Positions 1 through 11,707 of a stretch of DNA of 64,000 nt are shown here, one piece after another (within the stretch, counting starts at the first letter, position 1; each line of letters begins with the position of its first letter). Source of the stretch: an uncultured Pelagibacteraceae bacterium (GTDB taxonomy: Bacteria > Pseudomonadota > Alphaproteobacteria > Pelagibacterales > Pelagibacteraceae); contig CACGAC010000006.1 of assembly GCA_902571015.1 (NCBI GenBank), positions 3,941 through 67,940 of the forward strand, in the 5' to 3' direction. Below the pieces are notes generated by a model that was not told the origin of the DNA, did not search any database, and saw nothing but the letters and a program-made list of their open reading frames with translations. The translations under genes were made by a program, and so were the position numbers.

Positions 1-327
1 TTGTTTTGAAAAATCTATATTTGAGTAAGTTGCCTTTTTTGATTTATATTTTAAATTATTCAAATTAATATCGATAGAAAGTATCTTGGCATTTGGACAA
101 GTTTTTTCTATTAACCATGTTGATTGTCCTTTGTAAACTCCACTCTCAACGACAAATTTTGGATTGATTTTTTTTAAGAAGTAGTAAGTTGCAAACATAT
201 GGGGATATTGCATGCCACCAATATTAGACTTAATTGGCCTTTTTTTATACAATTCGTCAAATTCTTTTAGATATTTAAGAATATCTTTTGTTTTAAACTT
301 AGCCGAATTTTTTGCAAAAGCTTTCAC
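1..327 (-). CDS. Partial (runs off the window start) class I SAM-dependent methyltransferase-like protein; paralogue of 40362..41198
   Basis: Not in the ORF track. My translation from GTG at 327 is open to base 1: VKAFAKNSAKFKTKDILKYLKEFDELYKKRPIKSNIGGMQYPHMFATYYFLKKINPKFVVESGVYKGQSTWLIEKTCPNAKILSIDINL... ESGVYKGQS resembles SAM-binding motif I. Confidence 0.7.
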   Translation of the reverse strand, partial: MKAFAKNSAKFKTKDILKYLKEFDELYKKRPIKSNIGGMQYPHMFATYYFLKKINPKFVVESGVYKGQSTWLIEKTCPNAKILSIDINLNNLKYKSKKATYSNIDFSKQ

Positions 328-335
328 AGGATAAT

Positions 336-734
336 TTAAGTTAAAGCTTTATCTAAATATTTTTGATCAAGTTTACAATCTTTGTATCCGCGCTTAACCA
401 CGTTTAAGTATCTTTCAGTTGGAAATCTAAAACTGGTTTTTTGAACCATTGTATAAGTCATCACTCTCTTTCCATAATGTAAAAAATAATACTTTTTATA
501 TAAAATTGGATAATCTTCGTAAATATCAAGTTTTTTTTCATCACTCTTAGAAATTTCAAATAAACCACCTGGCACTATAGAATTTTTTTTTGGTTCAATA
601 TCGGCTGCTCTGTATTTACTTCTAAAAGTTAATCTAAAATTCTTAAGATTAATTTTTTTGATAAAAGCACTATCTTTACATCTTCTTTTCATCTGAAAAT
701 GGTTAAGATTACTTCCGTAAGCAAAATAAAGCAT
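336..734 (-). CDS. Gamma-glutamylcyclotransferase (AIG2/GGCT-like) family protein
   Basis: N-terminal YFAYGSNL signature; LDIYEDYP segment. Confidence 0.85.
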   Translation of the reverse strand: MLYFAYGSNLNHFQMKRRCKDSAFIKKINLKNFRLTFRSKYRAADIEPKKNSIVPGGLFEISKSDEKKLDIYEDYPILYKKYYFLHYGKRVMTYTMVQKTSFRFPTERYLNVVKRGYKDCKLDQKYLDKALT

Positions 735-1484
735 TTATCTATCTACAAATTCTATTTTTTTATCATTAACAAATTTTAATATTTGAGAATTACATTGATC
801 AATTTTAGATTGATTCTCTGAACGAAGCACTATTGAAACTCCAAGTTTCCCAGCATGGAAGAATGGATAACTTCCTATCTCAACATCTTGATTTTGCTCT
901 TGTACTTTTGTTAAAGAGTTTGCAATTTCACTTTCTACTGTTTTTAAACTTATGGTGTGACTTAAAATAGGATCACCCCCAACAATCTTGTTTTTTAATC
1001 CACCCAACATTGATTTCATAATTGATGGAACTCCTGGTAAACAAAAAACATTTTCCACACTAAAACCAGGGGCTCCGCTTGTTGGATTAAGAATTAAATC
1101 TGCATTTTCTGGCATCCAAACCATTTTTTGTCTTCCTTCATTAAACTCACCTGGCTGGTAATAAGCTTCTAATATTTTATATCCTTCTTTATGGAGCTCA
1201 TATTTAAGACCAAAAGCTTTTGCTACTGATTGAGCAGTTATATCATCGTGTGTGGGGCCAATACCACCAGTTGTGAAAACATAATTGTTAGATTTCCTCA
1301 AAAGGTTTAGTGTCTCTATGATTATATCTTCTTGATCTGGAATTATTCTTACTTCATTTACTTTTACACCAATGGAATTTAACCATGTTGCTAATGTGCT
1401 TGTGTTAGTGTCTTGAGTTCGACCAGAAAGAATTTCGTTACCAATGATTAATATTGCAGCATTTACTTTTGTGTTTTTACTCAT
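735..1484 (-). CDS. CinA-like molybdopterin-binding domain protein (stand-alone, no PncC domain)
   Basis: IIGNEILSGRTQDTN, TTGGIGPTHDDIT and LPGVP motifs; 249 aa. Confidence 0.85.
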   Translation of the reverse strand: MSKNTKVNAAILIIGNEILSGRTQDTNTSTLATWLNSIGVKVNEVRIIPDQEDIIIETLNLLRKSNNYVFTTGGIGPTHDDITAQSVAKAFGLKYELHKEGYKILEAYYQPGEFNEGRQKMVWMPENADLILNPTSGAPGFSVENVFCLPGVPSIMKSMLGGLKNKIVGGDPILSHTISLKTVESEIANSLTKVQEQNQDVEIGSYPFFHAGKLGVSIVLRSENQSKIDQCNSQILKFVNDKKIEFVDR

Positions 1485-1504
1485 TTTATATGTATAATTC
1501 GAAT

Positions 1505-2203
1505 ATGGAATTTACCAAGTCTTTATTAAAAGGCAAATTAATCAAAAGATATAAGCGTTTTTTTGTTGATGTAAATCTAAATAAAGAAATTGTCACTGCA
1601 CATTGTCCAAATACTGGATCTATGAAAGGTTTGCTAGATGAAGGGAATGAAGTGCATTTATTCAAGCATGATGATCCAAAAAGAAAGTTAAAATATGGTC
1701 TAGAAATTATTAAGGCCAAAAAAAACTTTGTCGGAATAAATACTCATAGAGCGAATAAAATTGTACACCACGGATTAAATAATAACCTCATCAAGGAATT
1801 CAAAAATAACGATAAGATTAATTCAGAAGTTTTTTTTAATAAAGAAACTAGATTTGATTTTTTAATTGAAAAAAAAGGTCAAAAAAGTTTTCTAGAAGTG
1901 AAGAATGTTACTCTTTTTAGAGATGAAAAAACAGCTGAGTTTCCAGATGCTATTACTGCTAGAGGATCAAAACATTTACTTACTCTTATTGATGCCATAA
2001 AGAAAGGCTATAAGTCTTACTTAATATTTTTAGTACAAATACAAAATATGGAGTATTTTAAAATAGCAAAGGATATTGATATTAAGTATTATGAAAATTA
2101 TTTGATAGCTAAAAAAGCTGGGGTAAATTTTTTGGCTTATAGATGCAAAATTAGTTCTAAAAAAATTTATATAGATAAAAAAATAAAAATTATTGATGAG
2201 TAA
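1505..2203 (+). CDS. sfsA: DNA/RNA nuclease SfsA
   Basis: RYKRF, AHCPNTGSM, EVKNVTL, FPDAITARGSKHL. Start moved to ATG 1505 to avoid overlap with the divergent gene. Confidence 0.9.
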   Translation: MEFTKSLLKGKLIKRYKRFFVDVNLNKEIVTAHCPNTGSMKGLLDEGNEVHLFKHDDPKRKLKYGLEIIKAKKNFVGINTHRANKIVHHGLNNNLIKEFKNNDKINSEVFFNKETRFDFLIEKKGQKSFLEVKNVTLFRDEKTAEFPDAITARGSKHLLTLIDAIKKGYKSYLIFLVQIQNMEYFKIAKDIDIKYYENYLIAKKAGVNFLAYRCKISSKKIYIDKKIKIIDE

Positions 2204-2969
2204 TTACACTGAAAAATTTGAAAAAATGAGAATAGCTGGAAAGTTAGCTTCACAAACTTTAGACATGTTAACAGAAAATATTAAAGAAGGTGTTTCAACA
2301 GCTTACATAGATAAGCTTGGCTATGAGTTTATAAGGGATAATGGTGGCCACTCTGCCCCACTTTACTATCGTGGTTTTACTAAATCTTTATGTACATCTC
2401 TTAATCATGTTGTATGTCATGGTGTCCCCTCTGAGGATAGAGTTTTAGTTGAAGGAGACGCCCTTAATGTAGATGTAACTGCTATCATTAATGAACATTA
2501 TGGAGATACAAGTAGAATGTTTTGTATTGGAAAAACCTCGGTAAAATTAAATAATCTAATTGATGCAACTTATCAGTCTATGATGAAAGCAATTAAAATC
2601 TTAAAACCTGGTATTAAGCTTGGAGATATAGGACATGAAATACAATCTTATATTGAAGAGAAAGGATTTTCTGTAGTTAAGGATTTTTGTGGTCATGGGA
2701 TAGGGACATCATTTCATGAACCACCAAACATTTTACATTACGGAACAAAGAATACAGGCATGGAATTAAAACCTGGGATGACATTTACAATAGAACCAAT
2801 GATTAATGCTGGTAAATTTAATGTAAAAATGCTTAATGATGGGTGGACTGCAGTTACAAAAGACAAATCTTTATCTGCACAATTTGAGCATACTGTTGGA
2901 ATTACTGAAAATGGTTATGAAATATTTACAGAATCTGCTAAAGGTTATTCAAAGCCTCCATACTTATAA
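2196..2969 (+). CDS. map: Type I methionine aminopeptidase
   Basis: CTSLNHVVCHGVP, DVT, GDTSRMF, FCGHGIG..FHEPP, FTIEPMIN, SAQFEHT. Confidence 0.97.
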   Translation: MSNYTEKFEKMRIAGKLASQTLDMLTENIKEGVSTAYIDKLGYEFIRDNGGHSAPLYYRGFTKSLCTSLNHVVCHGVPSEDRVLVEGDALNVDVTAIINEHYGDTSRMFCIGKTSVKLNNLIDATYQSMMKAIKILKPGIKLGDIGHEIQSYIEEKGFSVVKDFCGHGIGTSFHEPPNILHYGTKNTGMELKPGMTFTIEPMINAGKFNVKMLNDGWTAVTKDKSLSAQFEHTVGITENGYEIFTESAKGYSKPPYL

Positions 2970-2972
2970 TTA

Positions 2973-4265
2973 ATGATTAAAAGATACTCTCGAAAAGAAT
3001 TAACAGATATTTGGTCTGAGGAAAATAAATACAAAATATGGTTGGATGTTGAAATTGCTGCAGCTCAAGCAATGGAAAAACTTGGTCAAATTCCAAAAGG
3101 TGTCTCGTCAATAGTTAGGAAAAAAGCTAAAATAAATGTAAAAAGAATTCATCAAATTGAAAGTAAAGTTAAACATGATGTAATTGCTTTTTTAACTTCC
3201 ATAACAGAAAAGGCAGGAATTAAAGCTAGATACCTCCATCTTGGCATGACTTCATCTGATGTAGTAGATACAAGTTTTAATATTCAATTAGTTCAATCAG
3301 GAAAAATTATCTTAAAAGACATAGATCAAATTTTAAAAGTATTAAAAAAACAAGCTAGAAAATATAAATTTACTCCTTGCATAGGTCGTAGTCATGGAAT
3401 TCATGCTGAGCCAATAACATTTGGATTAAAATTAGCTTCCTTTTATGAAGAGTTTAAAAGAAATAGAGAAAGATTAGTTTACGCTATAGATCAAATATCA
3501 ACTTGTGCAATTTCTGGAGCTGTTGGAACATTTGCAAATGTAAACCCTAATGTCGAAAAACATGTTGCAAAAAAACTTGGATTAAAAGTTGAACCAATCT
3601 CTACTCAAATAATCCCAAGAGATCGTCATGCATTTTATTTTTCAGTATTAGGAATTATCGCAGGAAGTATAGAAAGAGTGGCTATAGAAATAAGACATTT
3701 ACAAAGATCTGAAGTTTACGAATTACAAGAATATTTTTCTAAAAGTCAAAAGGGTTCATCTGCAATGCCCCATAAAAAAAATCCAATTTTAAGTGAAAAT
3801 TTAACAGGACTAGCTAGAATGGTAAGAAGTTCTGTTGTTCCAGCGCTAGAAAATATTGCACTTTGGCATGAAAGAGATATTTCACATTCAAGCGTAGAGA
3901 GAAATATTGGTCCTGATGCAAATATTACTCTAGACTTTGCACTTGTAAGATTAGCAGGTGTTTTAGATAATATGATTGTTTATCCAAAAAAAATGCTAGA
4001 AAATCTTAATCTTACTAAAGGGCTAATTTTTTCTCAAGAAGTGATGCTAGAACTGACAAAAACTGGTATCACAAGAGAAAAATCCTATAAGTTAGTACAA
4101 GGATATGCAAAAAAATGTTTTGCTGAAAATTTAGATTTGTTTAATGTTATTCAGTCTGACAAGTTAATAATGAGTAAAATTTCAATCAAAAAATTAAAGT
4201 CTATCTTTAATTATTCTAAACACTTTAAAAATGTAAATCTAATATTTAGGCGGGTTTTCAAATAA
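2973..4265 (+). CDS. purB: Adenylosuccinate lyase
   Basis: [28 protein letters not shown]. Confidence 0.97.
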   Translation: MIKRYSRKELTDIWSEENKYKIWLDVEIAAAQAMEKLGQIPKGVSSIVRKKAKINVKRIHQIESKVKHDVIAFLTSITEKAGIKARYLHLGMTSSDVVDTSFNIQLVQSGKIILKDIDQILKVLKKQARKYKFTPCIGRSHGIHAEPITFGLKLASFYEEFKRNRERLVYAIDQISTCAISGAVGTFANVNPNVEKHVAKKLGLKVEPISTQIIPRDRHAFYFSVLGIIAGSIERVAIEIRHLQRSEVYELQEYFSKSQKGSSAMPHKKNPILSENLTGLARMVRSSVVPALENIALWHERDISHSSVERNIGPDANITLDFALVRLAGVLDNMIVYPKKMLENLNLTKGLIFSQEVMLELTKTGITREKSYKLVQGYAKKCFAENLDLFNVIQSDKLIMSKISIKKLKSIFNYSKHFKNVNLIFRRVFK

Positions 4266-5050
4266 TGAAAAAAGGTAAAAAACTTTACGAGGGAAAAGCC
4301 AAGATAATTTATTCAACCTCAGATAAAAATTTAGTAATCCAATACTTTAAAGATGATGCTACAGCATTTAATAATGAAAAAAGAACTACTATTGAGGGTA
4401 AAGGAGTTTTAAATAATAGAATTTCTGAACATATTCTTACAAATTTATCTCAAATTGGTATTGAAAATCATTTAGTCAAACGACTAAATATGAGAGAACA
4501 ATTAATTAAATTTGTAGAAATAATTCCAATTGAATTTGTTATTCGGAATGTTGCGACAGGATCTTTGACTAAAAGACTTGGAATAGAAGACGGAACTGTA
4601 CTAAAAGAACCTTTAATTGAATACTGTTTGAAAGATGACAAACTTGGCGATCCATTAATTTCAGAGGATCATATTTACGCGTTTGATTGGGCAAATAAAA
4701 AAGAAATCGAAAAGATAAAAAAAACTATTTTTAGAATTAATGATTTTATGATTGGGATGTTTAGAGGAGTGGGAATAAAATTAATTGATTTTAAATTAGA
4801 ATTTGGGCGAACTAAAATTGATGGTAGAAAAGAAATAATTTTGGCTGATGAAATAAGCCCTGATACTTGTAGATTGTGGGACTCTGCAACTGACAAAAAA
4901 CTTGATAAAGATAGATTTAGAAAAGATTTAGGAGATTTATTACCTGCGTATACCGAAGTTGCCAAAAGACTTGGAATTCTACATGAGCAATCAAACGTTT
5001 CTGCAGTGAATGTAACTAAACTATCCTCAATTAAAAAGAAGCGAAAATGA
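4265..5050 (+). CDS. purC: SAICAR synthase
   Basis: [37 protein letters not shown]. Confidence 0.97.
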   Translation: MKKGKKLYEGKAKIIYSTSDKNLVIQYFKDDATAFNNEKRTTIEGKGVLNNRISEHILTNLSQIGIENHLVKRLNMREQLIKFVEIIPIEFVIRNVATGSLTKRLGIEDGTVLKEPLIEYCLKDDKLGDPLISEDHIYAFDWANKKEIEKIKKTIFRINDFMIGMFRGVGIKLIDFKLEFGRTKIDGRKEIILADEISPDTCRLWDSATDKKLDKDRFRKDLGDLLPAYTEVAKRLGILHEQSNVSAVNVTKLSSIKKKRK

Positions 5051-5289
5051 AAGTTTCTGCCGTAATAACTCTTAAAAAGGATGTTTTAGATCCACAAGGA
5101 AAAGTAATCCATGAAACATTAGATGGTATGGGTTTTAATTCTGTCAATGAAGTTAGACAAGGAAAATATTTTGAAATTGATGTTAAAGAAAATGATCCAA
5201 AAAAAGCTAAAGATCTTGTGGAAGATATGTGTAAAAAACTTTTAGCTAATCTTGTTATTGAAAACTACAAAATTATTGAGACACAATAA
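5047..5289 (+). CDS. purS: FGAM synthase subunit PurS
   Basis: [21 protein letters not shown]; lies between purC and purQ. Confidence 0.96.
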   Translation: MKVSAVITLKKDVLDPQGKVIHETLDGMGFNSVNEVRQGKYFEIDVKENDPKKAKDLVEDMCKKLLANLVIENYKIIETQ

Positions 5290-5292
5290 TTA

Positions 5293-5976
5293 ATGAAATC
5301 ATCGGTTATAACCTTTCCTGGTTCAAATTGTGATCGAGACATGGATGTAGCTCTTACAAAATTTGGATTTAAAAACAAAATGGTTTGGCATAATGATCAA
5401 GAATTGCCCAAAAGTGATTTAATTGTTTTGCCTGGTGGTTTCTCTTACGGTGACTATTTACGTTGTGGCAGCATGGCCTCAAAATCAAAAATAATGAATT
5501 CAGTAATTAATTTTGCAAAATCTGGTGGATTGGTAATGGGAATTTGTAATGGTTTTCAAATTTTGGTTGAGGCTGGATTAGTACCAGGGGTATTATTAAG
5601 AAATAAATATCTTCAGTTTATTTGTAAAAATGTCCACGTAAAAGTAGATAATAAAGAAAACACCTTTTTCAAAAATCTTGATAAAAAAGTTTTGGAGTTT
5701 CACATAGCCCATAATGAAGGTAATTATTTTTGCACCAACGATCAACTCAAAGAGATTGAAGATAATAATCAAATAGCAATTTATTATTGTGATCAAAATG
5801 GCAATACAAATGATCAAATAAATCCTAATGGTTCAATAAAAAATATTGCAGGTATTTTTAACAAAGAAAAAAACGTTTTAGGAATGATGCCTCATCCTGA
5901 GAGAATGATAGATGAAAGTTTATCTGGGGAAGATGGATCCATCTTTTTTAAAAATCTTTTAAATAATATTAAATAA
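5293..5976 (+). CDS. purQ: FGAM synthase glutaminase subunit PurQ
   Basis: [32 protein letters not shown]. Confidence 0.97.
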   Translation: MKSSVITFPGSNCDRDMDVALTKFGFKNKMVWHNDQELPKSDLIVLPGGFSYGDYLRCGSMASKSKIMNSVINFAKSGGLVMGICNGFQILVEAGLVPGVLLRNKYLQFICKNVHVKVDNKENTFFKNLDKKVLEFHIAHNEGNYFCTNDQLKEIEDNNQIAIYYCDQNGNTNDQINPNGSIKNIAGIFNKEKNVLGMMPHPERMIDESLSGEDGSIFFKNLLNNIK

Positions 5977-8165
5977 TGTTGGTTAACGAAAAAATTGCAA
6001 TTGAGCATGGTTTAAAATCAGATGAGTATAAAAAGATTTGTAAATTATTAAAAAGAACACCTAATATTACTGAGTTAGGTATATTTTCTGCAATGTGGAA
6101 TGAACATTGCTCCTATAAATCTTCACGAATTCATTTAAAAAAATTACATACTAAAGGAAAAAAAGTAATTCAAGGGCCAGGAGAAAATGCTGGTGTTATT
6201 GATATTGAGGATGGAGATGCAATAGTTTTTAAAATCGAGAGTCATAATCACCCATCATTTATTGAGCCTTATCAGGGAGCCGCTACAGGAGTTGGTGGAA
6301 TTATGCGAGATGTTTTTACAATGGGTGCAAGACCCATTGCTAACTTAAATTCAATACATTTTGGTTCAACCCAAAATAAAAAAACAAAAAATTTATTAAG
6401 AGGTGTTGTTCATGGAATTGGTGGTTATGGAAACTGTATGGGAGTACCTACCATAGCAGGACAAACATCTTTTGATAGATCATATAATGGAAATATCTTA
6501 GTGAATGCTATGACTTTAGGATTAGTTAAAAAAGATAAGATATTTTACTCAAAAGCAGCTGGTTTGAATAAACCAGTTATATATGTTGGATCAAAAACCG
6601 GTAGAGATGGAATTCATGGAGCAAGTATGGCTTCCGCAAGTTTTGATGAAAAGATAGAAGAAAAAAAACCAACTGTGCAAGTTGGAGATCCTTTTACTGA
6701 AAAACTTTTATTAGAGGCGTGCTTAGAATTAATGTCAGGAGACTCAATTATTGCAATTCAAGATATGGGAGCTGCAGGACTAACCTCTTCAAGTATTGAA
6801 ATGGCATCAAAAGGAAATTTAGGTATCGAAATTAACTTAAACAAAGTTCCATGTAGAGAAACCAAAATGACTCCTTACGAAATTATGTTATCTGAAAGCC
6901 AAGAACGAATGCTTATAGTTCTTGAGAGTGGCAAAGAGCAAATAGCCAAAAAAATATTTGATAAATGGAATTTAGACTTCGCTGTAATTGGAAAAACGAC
7001 CAATACAAAGAATATTGAATTATTTTTTGACAACGAACAAGTGGCTAATATTCCAGTAAATACATTGGTTGAAAACTCACCGATGTATGATCGAAAATGG
7101 AAAAAATCAAAATTACCAAAAAAAAATAAAATAAATAAAACAATATTTAAAAGTCTAAAAATCAAAGATACGTTAAAAAAAATCTTATCTAGCCCTAATG
7201 TTTGTAGCAAAGAATGGATTTGGCAACAATATGATCACACCGTAATGGGTGATACTATACAAAAACCTGGCGGAGACTCTGGTGTAGTAAGAGTTCATAA
7301 AACAGATAAAGCTATAGCTGCTACAGTTGACTCATCTGCAACTTATTGTTGGGCACATCCACTCACAGGGGGAAAGCAAGTCGTTTGTGAAACTTGGAGA
7401 AATTTAATCTCAGTAGGTGCTAAACCTATAGCAGTTACGAATTGTTTAAATTTTGGAAGCCCAGAGAAAGAAGAAAATATGGGTGAGTTTGTAGAATGTG
7501 TTCAAGGTATAAGTGAAGCATGTAAATATTTGGATTATCCTGTTGTTTCAGGAAATGTATCTTTTTACAACGAAACTAAAGACATTGGAATTAAACCAAC
7601 TCCTACGATAGGAGGTGTGGGTTTAATTAAAGATTACAAAAAAATGATTACAATGGATTTTAAGGAAATCGACAACATCATATTAGTGATTGGTAAAACT
7701 GAGGGTCATATAGATCAAAGTTTATTATCAAGAATAATATTAAATGAAAATAATGGACCGCCACCTGAGGTTAATTTATTTAATGAAAAAAATAATGGAT
7801 TGACTCTTCTTAATTTAATAGAGAAAAATTTCATTAAAAGTGCCCATGATGTGTCTCTCGGTGGAATAATCACAGCAATCAGCAAAATGTGTATAAAAGG
7901 TGATAAAGGTATACAAATCAAAAAGCCAAAATTTTTGATTAATGAAATTGAATACTTTTTTGCTGAAGATCAAGGAAGATATTTGATTGAAATAAATCCA
8001 AAAGATTTAAAAGAAGTCTCTAAGATTTTAGATAAAAATTCAGTACATTATGATGAGATAGGTAAAATAATCGATAAAGAGATGATAATTGATCAAAAGA
8101 CGAAACTAACAATTGACGAATTGAAATCATATAATACTAATTGGCTTAAGAGTTACATGGTTTGA
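5976..8165 (+). CDS. purL: FGAM synthase subunit PurL (small type)
   Basis: [42 protein letters not shown]. Confidence 0.98.
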   Translation: MLVNEKIAIEHGLKSDEYKKICKLLKRTPNITELGIFSAMWNEHCSYKSSRIHLKKLHTKGKKVIQGPGENAGVIDIEDGDAIVFKIESHNHPSFIEPYQGAATGVGGIMRDVFTMGARPIANLNSIHFGSTQNKKTKNLLRGVVHGIGGYGNCMGVPTIAGQTSFDRSYNGNILVNAMTLGLVKKDKIFYSKAAGLNKPVIYVGSKTGRDGIHGASMASASFDEKIEEKKPTVQVGDPFTEKLLLEACLELMSGDSIIAIQDMGAAGLTSSSIEMASKGNLGIEINLNKVPCRETKMTPYEIMLSESQERMLIVLESGKEQIAKKIFDKWNLDFAVIGKTTNTKNIELFFDNEQVANIPVNTLVENSPMYDRKWKKSKLPKKNKINKTIFKSLKIKDTLKKILSSPNVCSKEWIWQQYDHTVMGDTIQKPGGDSGVVRVHKTDKAIAATVDSSATYCWAHPLTGGKQVVCETWRNLISVGAKPIAVTNCLNFGSPEKEENMGEFVECVQGISEACKYLDYPVVSGNVSFYNETKDIGIKPTPTIGGVGLIKDYKKMITMDFKEIDNIILVIGKTEGHIDQSLLSRIILNENNGPPPEVNLFNEKNNGLTLLNLIEKNFIKSAHDVSLGGIITAISKMCIKGDKGIQIKKPKFLINEIEYFFAEDQGRYLIEINPKDLKEVSKILDKNSVHYDEIGKIIDKEMIIDQKTKLTIDELKSYNTNWLKSYMV

Positions 8166-8167
8166 TT

Positions 8168-8398
8168 ATGGCAATGGATTTAAAAGAGATTGAGAAATTT
8201 ATTAAAGAAGCAATGCCAGATGCTTCAATAGAAATACAAGATTTAGCTGGAGATGGTAATCATTATTCTGCTACAGTTACATCATCTCAATTTGCTGGAA
8301 AAAGTAAAATTGAACAACACAAAATGGTTTATAATTCATTAAAAGGTAGAATGGGGAATGAATTACATGCCTTAGCTATTAAAACAAAGGAACAATAA
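8168..8398 (+). CDS. BolA/IbaG family protein
   Basis: DLAGDGNHY, QHKMVY, LHALAI; precedes grxD. Confidence 0.9.
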   Translation: MAMDLKEIEKFIKEAMPDASIEIQDLAGDGNHYSATVTSSQFAGKSKIEQHKMVYNSLKGRMGNELHALAIKTKEQ

Positions 8399-8730
8399 TG
8401 GATGATAAAACAAAAAATATAATTCAAAATCATATCGACACTAATGATGTATGTTTATTCATGAAGGGAACTCCAGATGCTCCTCAGTGCGGATTCTCAA
8501 TGGCAGTTTCAAACATGCTGAAAATTTTAGAGGTAAATTTTAAAAGTGTAAATGTTCTTGAAGACCAATCAATAAGAGAGGGAATTAAAATTTTTAGTGA
8601 TTGGCCTACTATTCCTCAACTTTACGTAAAAAAAGAATTTGTTGGTGGGTGTGATATCGTAAAAGAAATGTACGAAAGTGGTGAATTAAAAAAAGTTTTT
8701 TCTGATAAAGGAATTAATTTTAAAAAATAA
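8398..8730 (+). CDS. grxD: Monothiol glutaredoxin Grx4
   Basis: FMKGTP..PQCGFS, WPTIPQLY, FVGGCDI. Confidence 0.96.
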   Translation: MDDKTKNIIQNHIDTNDVCLFMKGTPDAPQCGFSMAVSNMLKILEVNFKSVNVLEDQSIREGIKIFSDWPTIPQLYVKKEFVGGCDIVKEMYESGELKKVFSDKGINFKK

Positions 8731-8733
8731 TTA

Positions 8734-9351
8734 TTATCTTGAGTAATATTCAATTACCAAGTTTGGCTCCATTACTACAGGATAAGGAACTTCTTCAAAT
8801 TTTGGAATTCTGACAAACTTAAATTTTTTGTTTTTTTGATCTAATTGAATATATTCAGGTGCTTCTCTCTCTTTACTTGCTAAAGCTATATCAATGATTG
8901 CAAGTTGTTTGGATTTATCTCTTATTTCAATGCTGTCTTCTTCTTTGACTAAGTAACTAGAAATATTCACTTTTTTTCCATTAACTTTAACATGTCCGTG
9001 GTTGATTAACTGTCTAGCAGAAAAAATTGTTGTAGCAAACTTAGCTCTATAAATCACTGCATCTAGTCTTCTCTCTAAAAGACCAATTAAATTTTCACTG
9101 GTATCTCCTTTAAGCATAGAAGCCTTTTTATAAATATTTCTAAACTGTCTTTCATTAATGTTTCCATAATAAGCTTTAAGTTTTTGTTTTGCTTGTAATT
9201 GAATACCATAATCTGAAGGTTTGCCTTGTTTAGTTTGACCATGCTGACCTGGTCCGTAAGCTCTTTTATTGAATGGGCTTTTAGGTCTACCCCACAGGTT
9301 AACTTTTAGTCTTCTATCAACTTTATGTTTAGAGTTAATTCTTTTTGTCAT
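8734..9351 (-). CDS. rpsD: 30S ribosomal protein S4
   Basis: [38 protein letters not shown]. Confidence 0.98.
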   Translation of the reverse strand: MTKRINSKHKVDRRLKVNLWGRPKSPFNKRAYGPGQHGQTKQGKPSDYGIQLQAKQKLKAYYGNINERQFRNIYKKASMLKGDTSENLIGLLERRLDAVIYRAKFATTIFSARQLINHGHVKVNGKKVNISSYLVKEEDSIEIRDKSKQLAIIDIALASKEREAPEYIQLDQKNKKFKFVRIPKFEEVPYPVVMEPNLVIEYYSR

Positions 9352-9391
9352 TTGATATTGGGTTTTATAAACTTACCCTATTGTTTGTCAA

Positions 9392-10105
9392 TCAACGTTT
9401 TTTACCTAAACTTGCGAATACGCCTGATAATATACGAGTTTCTTTATCAGATAACTCCATTTTATAAAAAATATTTCTGAGGTTCTCTAGCATTTTGGGT
9501 TTCTTTTCCTTGGGTCTAAAAAAATTTATTTCATCTAAATTTTTAATACAAAGACTTAACATTGATTGAATTTCTTTTTTAGTAGCTGATTTGATTTTTT
9601 TTGATCTTTTAAATTGAGTATTTTTTAGTTTGATGAGGCTAGATACGTATTGAGCAATAATAATCAAACTATGGGATAAATTCAAAGATTTAAAATCAGG
9701 GTTACTAGGTATTTGTAAAGTATAATTGGCATAACTGATTTCATCATTTGATAAACCTGACGCCTCCGAACCAAATAAAAAACCAATTTTCTTTTTAAAA
9801 TTTATCTTTTTTAAATCGTCTAAGTTTATGTGTTTGACATTTTTATTTCTAAATCTCGCAGAAGTAGCAATAACAATATCAATTTTGCTTATTGCATCCT
9901 CTAAATTATCATAATTTTTGCTTTGTTTGATAATATCTTTAGCTCCAACTGATGTAGCTAATATTTTATCATTTGGAAAAGTAGGTTTTGGTTTTACCAA
10001 AATCAATTTATTAAAATCAAAGTTTTTTATTGCTCTGGCACAGGCACCAATATTTTCTGATAATTGAGGTTTATGAAGTATAAATGAGATATTATTTTCA
10101 CTCAT
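9392..10105 (-). CDS. SPOUT tRNA/rRNA methyltransferase, TrmJ/LasT family
   Basis: PQLSENIGACARA, FGSEASGLSN, SLNLSHS. Confidence 0.85.
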   Translation of the reverse strand: MSENNISFILHKPQLSENIGACARAIKNFDFNKLILVKPKPTFPNDKILATSVGAKDIIKQSKNYDNLEDAISKIDIVIATSARFRNKNVKHINLDDLKKINFKKKIGFLFGSEASGLSNDEISYANYTLQIPSNPDFKSLNLSHSLIIIAQYVSSLIKLKNTQFKRSKKIKSATKKEIQSMLSLCIKNLDEINFFRPKEKKPKMLENLRNIFYKMELSDKETRILSGVFASLGKKR

Positions 10106-11707
10106 TTATTTACTTGCAGGCGCATTATCTTTAAATAATTTATAATCCAAACTATCAATTAATGCTTTGAACGAAGCTTCGATAATGTTTGTTGAGACAC
10201 CAATAGTAAACCAATTTTTTCCTTGAGAGTCAGTGCTTTCAATTGAAACTCTTGTAACAGCCTCAGTTCCTGTATTTAAAATTCTTACCTTATAGTCAAC
10301 CAGTTTTAAGTCTTTTAAATATTTCGAGTATTTTGCCAATCTATCAACGTTTTGTCTGATAGCATTATCTAAAGCATTTACTGGACCATTCCCTTCTCCT
10401 TCACACATAATCTTTTCTCCATCAACTTCTAATTGAGCTTTTGCAGAAGAAACTATTTCACCAGAATTATTTTTTTTTACTGATACGTCATATTCATTAA
10501 TAGATATATATCTTGGTATTTCTCCAATTATTCTTCTTGCTAATAATTCAAATGATGCATCAGCACCATCATAACTATAACCAATGAATTCTCTGTCTTT
10601 TACTTCATCTAATAATTTTTTAATTTTTGGATCATTTTCTTGAATATCAATTTTGATACTTTTTAATCTAGAGATAATATTTGACTTCCCTGATTGATCA
10701 GAAACAACAATATTTCTTGTGTTACCAACTTCCTCAGGATTGATGTGTTCATAAGTTTTTGGATCTTTTTGTACAGCAGATACATGCAATCCTCCTTTGT
10801 GTGAAAAAGCTGCTGCGCCCACATATGGTAAATGTTGGTTAGGTTTTCTATTTAAAATTTCATCTAAAAGTCTTGAACAATCGGTTAGATTTTTAATATT
10901 TTTTGGTTTTATTCCAATTTCAAATTGCGATGAAAAATCTTTCTTTAAAAAAAATGTTGGTATTAACGACATTAAATTTGCATTTCCACATCTTTCACCT
11001 AACCCATTTATTGTACCTTGAATTTGTCGAACACCAGAGAATACTGCTGCTAATGAATTTGCAACCGCATTACCGGTATCATTATGTGCGTGTATTCCCA
11101 AGTTTTTTCCTGGAATTACTTTCGTAACCTCACTAACTATCTGTGTAACTTCATGTGGAAGTGTACCTCCATTCGTATCACATAGTATCACCCACCTAGC
11201 ACCTTGGTCATAGGCAGCTTTAATACATGAGAGTGCATATTTTGGATTTGCTTTATAACCATCAAAAAAATGTTCTGCATCGAACATGAATTCTTTTTTT
11301 GCTTTAACAAAATGTTTTGCACTCTCAGAAATATTATCTAAATTTTCTTCATTCGTAATACCTAAGGCAACATCGACATGAAAATCCCAAGACTTACCAA
11401 CTAAACATACTGCAGAGGTATTAGAGTTCATGAGTGCAGATAAACCAGTATCATTTTCTACACTTCGTCCAGACCTTTTCGTCATTCCAAAAGATGTTAG
11501 TTTTGAATTTTTAAAATCGTGTTTCTTTTGAAAAAATTCTGTGTCGGTTGGATTAGCCCCGGGCCAACCTGCTTCAATGTAATCCACACCCAAGTTGTCT
11601 AAAGCTAAAGCAATTTTTTCTTTGTCTTCCAAAGAAAAATCGACTCCCTGCGTTTGAGCTCCATCTCTTAGAGTTGTATCAAATATGTATAATCTTTCTT
11701 TGCTCAT
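10106..11707 (-). CDS. cimA: Citramalate synthase
   Basis: DTTLRDGAQ, GKSWDFHV, AEHFFDGYK, LCDTNGG, HAHND; follows cysS, a common alphaproteobacterial arrangement. Confidence 0.9.
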   Translation of the reverse strand: MSKERLYIFDTTLRDGAQTQGVDFSLEDKEKIALALDNLGVDYIEAGWPGANPTDTEFFQKKHDFKNSKLTSFGMTKRSGRSVENDTGLSALMNSNTSAVCLVGKSWDFHVDVALGITNEENLDNISESAKHFVKAKKEFMFDAEHFFDGYKANPKYALSCIKAAYDQGARWVILCDTNGGTLPHEVTQIVSEVTKVIPGKNLGIHAHNDTGNAVANSLAAVFSGVRQIQGTINGLGERCGNANLMSLIPTFFLKKDFSSQFEIGIKPKNIKNLTDCSRLLDEILNRKPNQHLPYVGAAAFSHKGGLHVSAVQKDPKTYEHINPEEVGNTRNIVVSDQSGKSNIISRLKSIKIDIQENDPKIKKLLDEVKDREFIGYSYDGADASFELLARRIIGEIPRYISINEYDVSVKKNNSGEIVSSAKAQLEVDGEKIMCEGEGNGPVNALDNAIRQNVDRLAKYSKYLKDLKLVDYKVRILNTGTEAVTRVSIESTDSQGKNWFTIGVSTNIIEASFKALIDSLDYKLFKDNAPASK

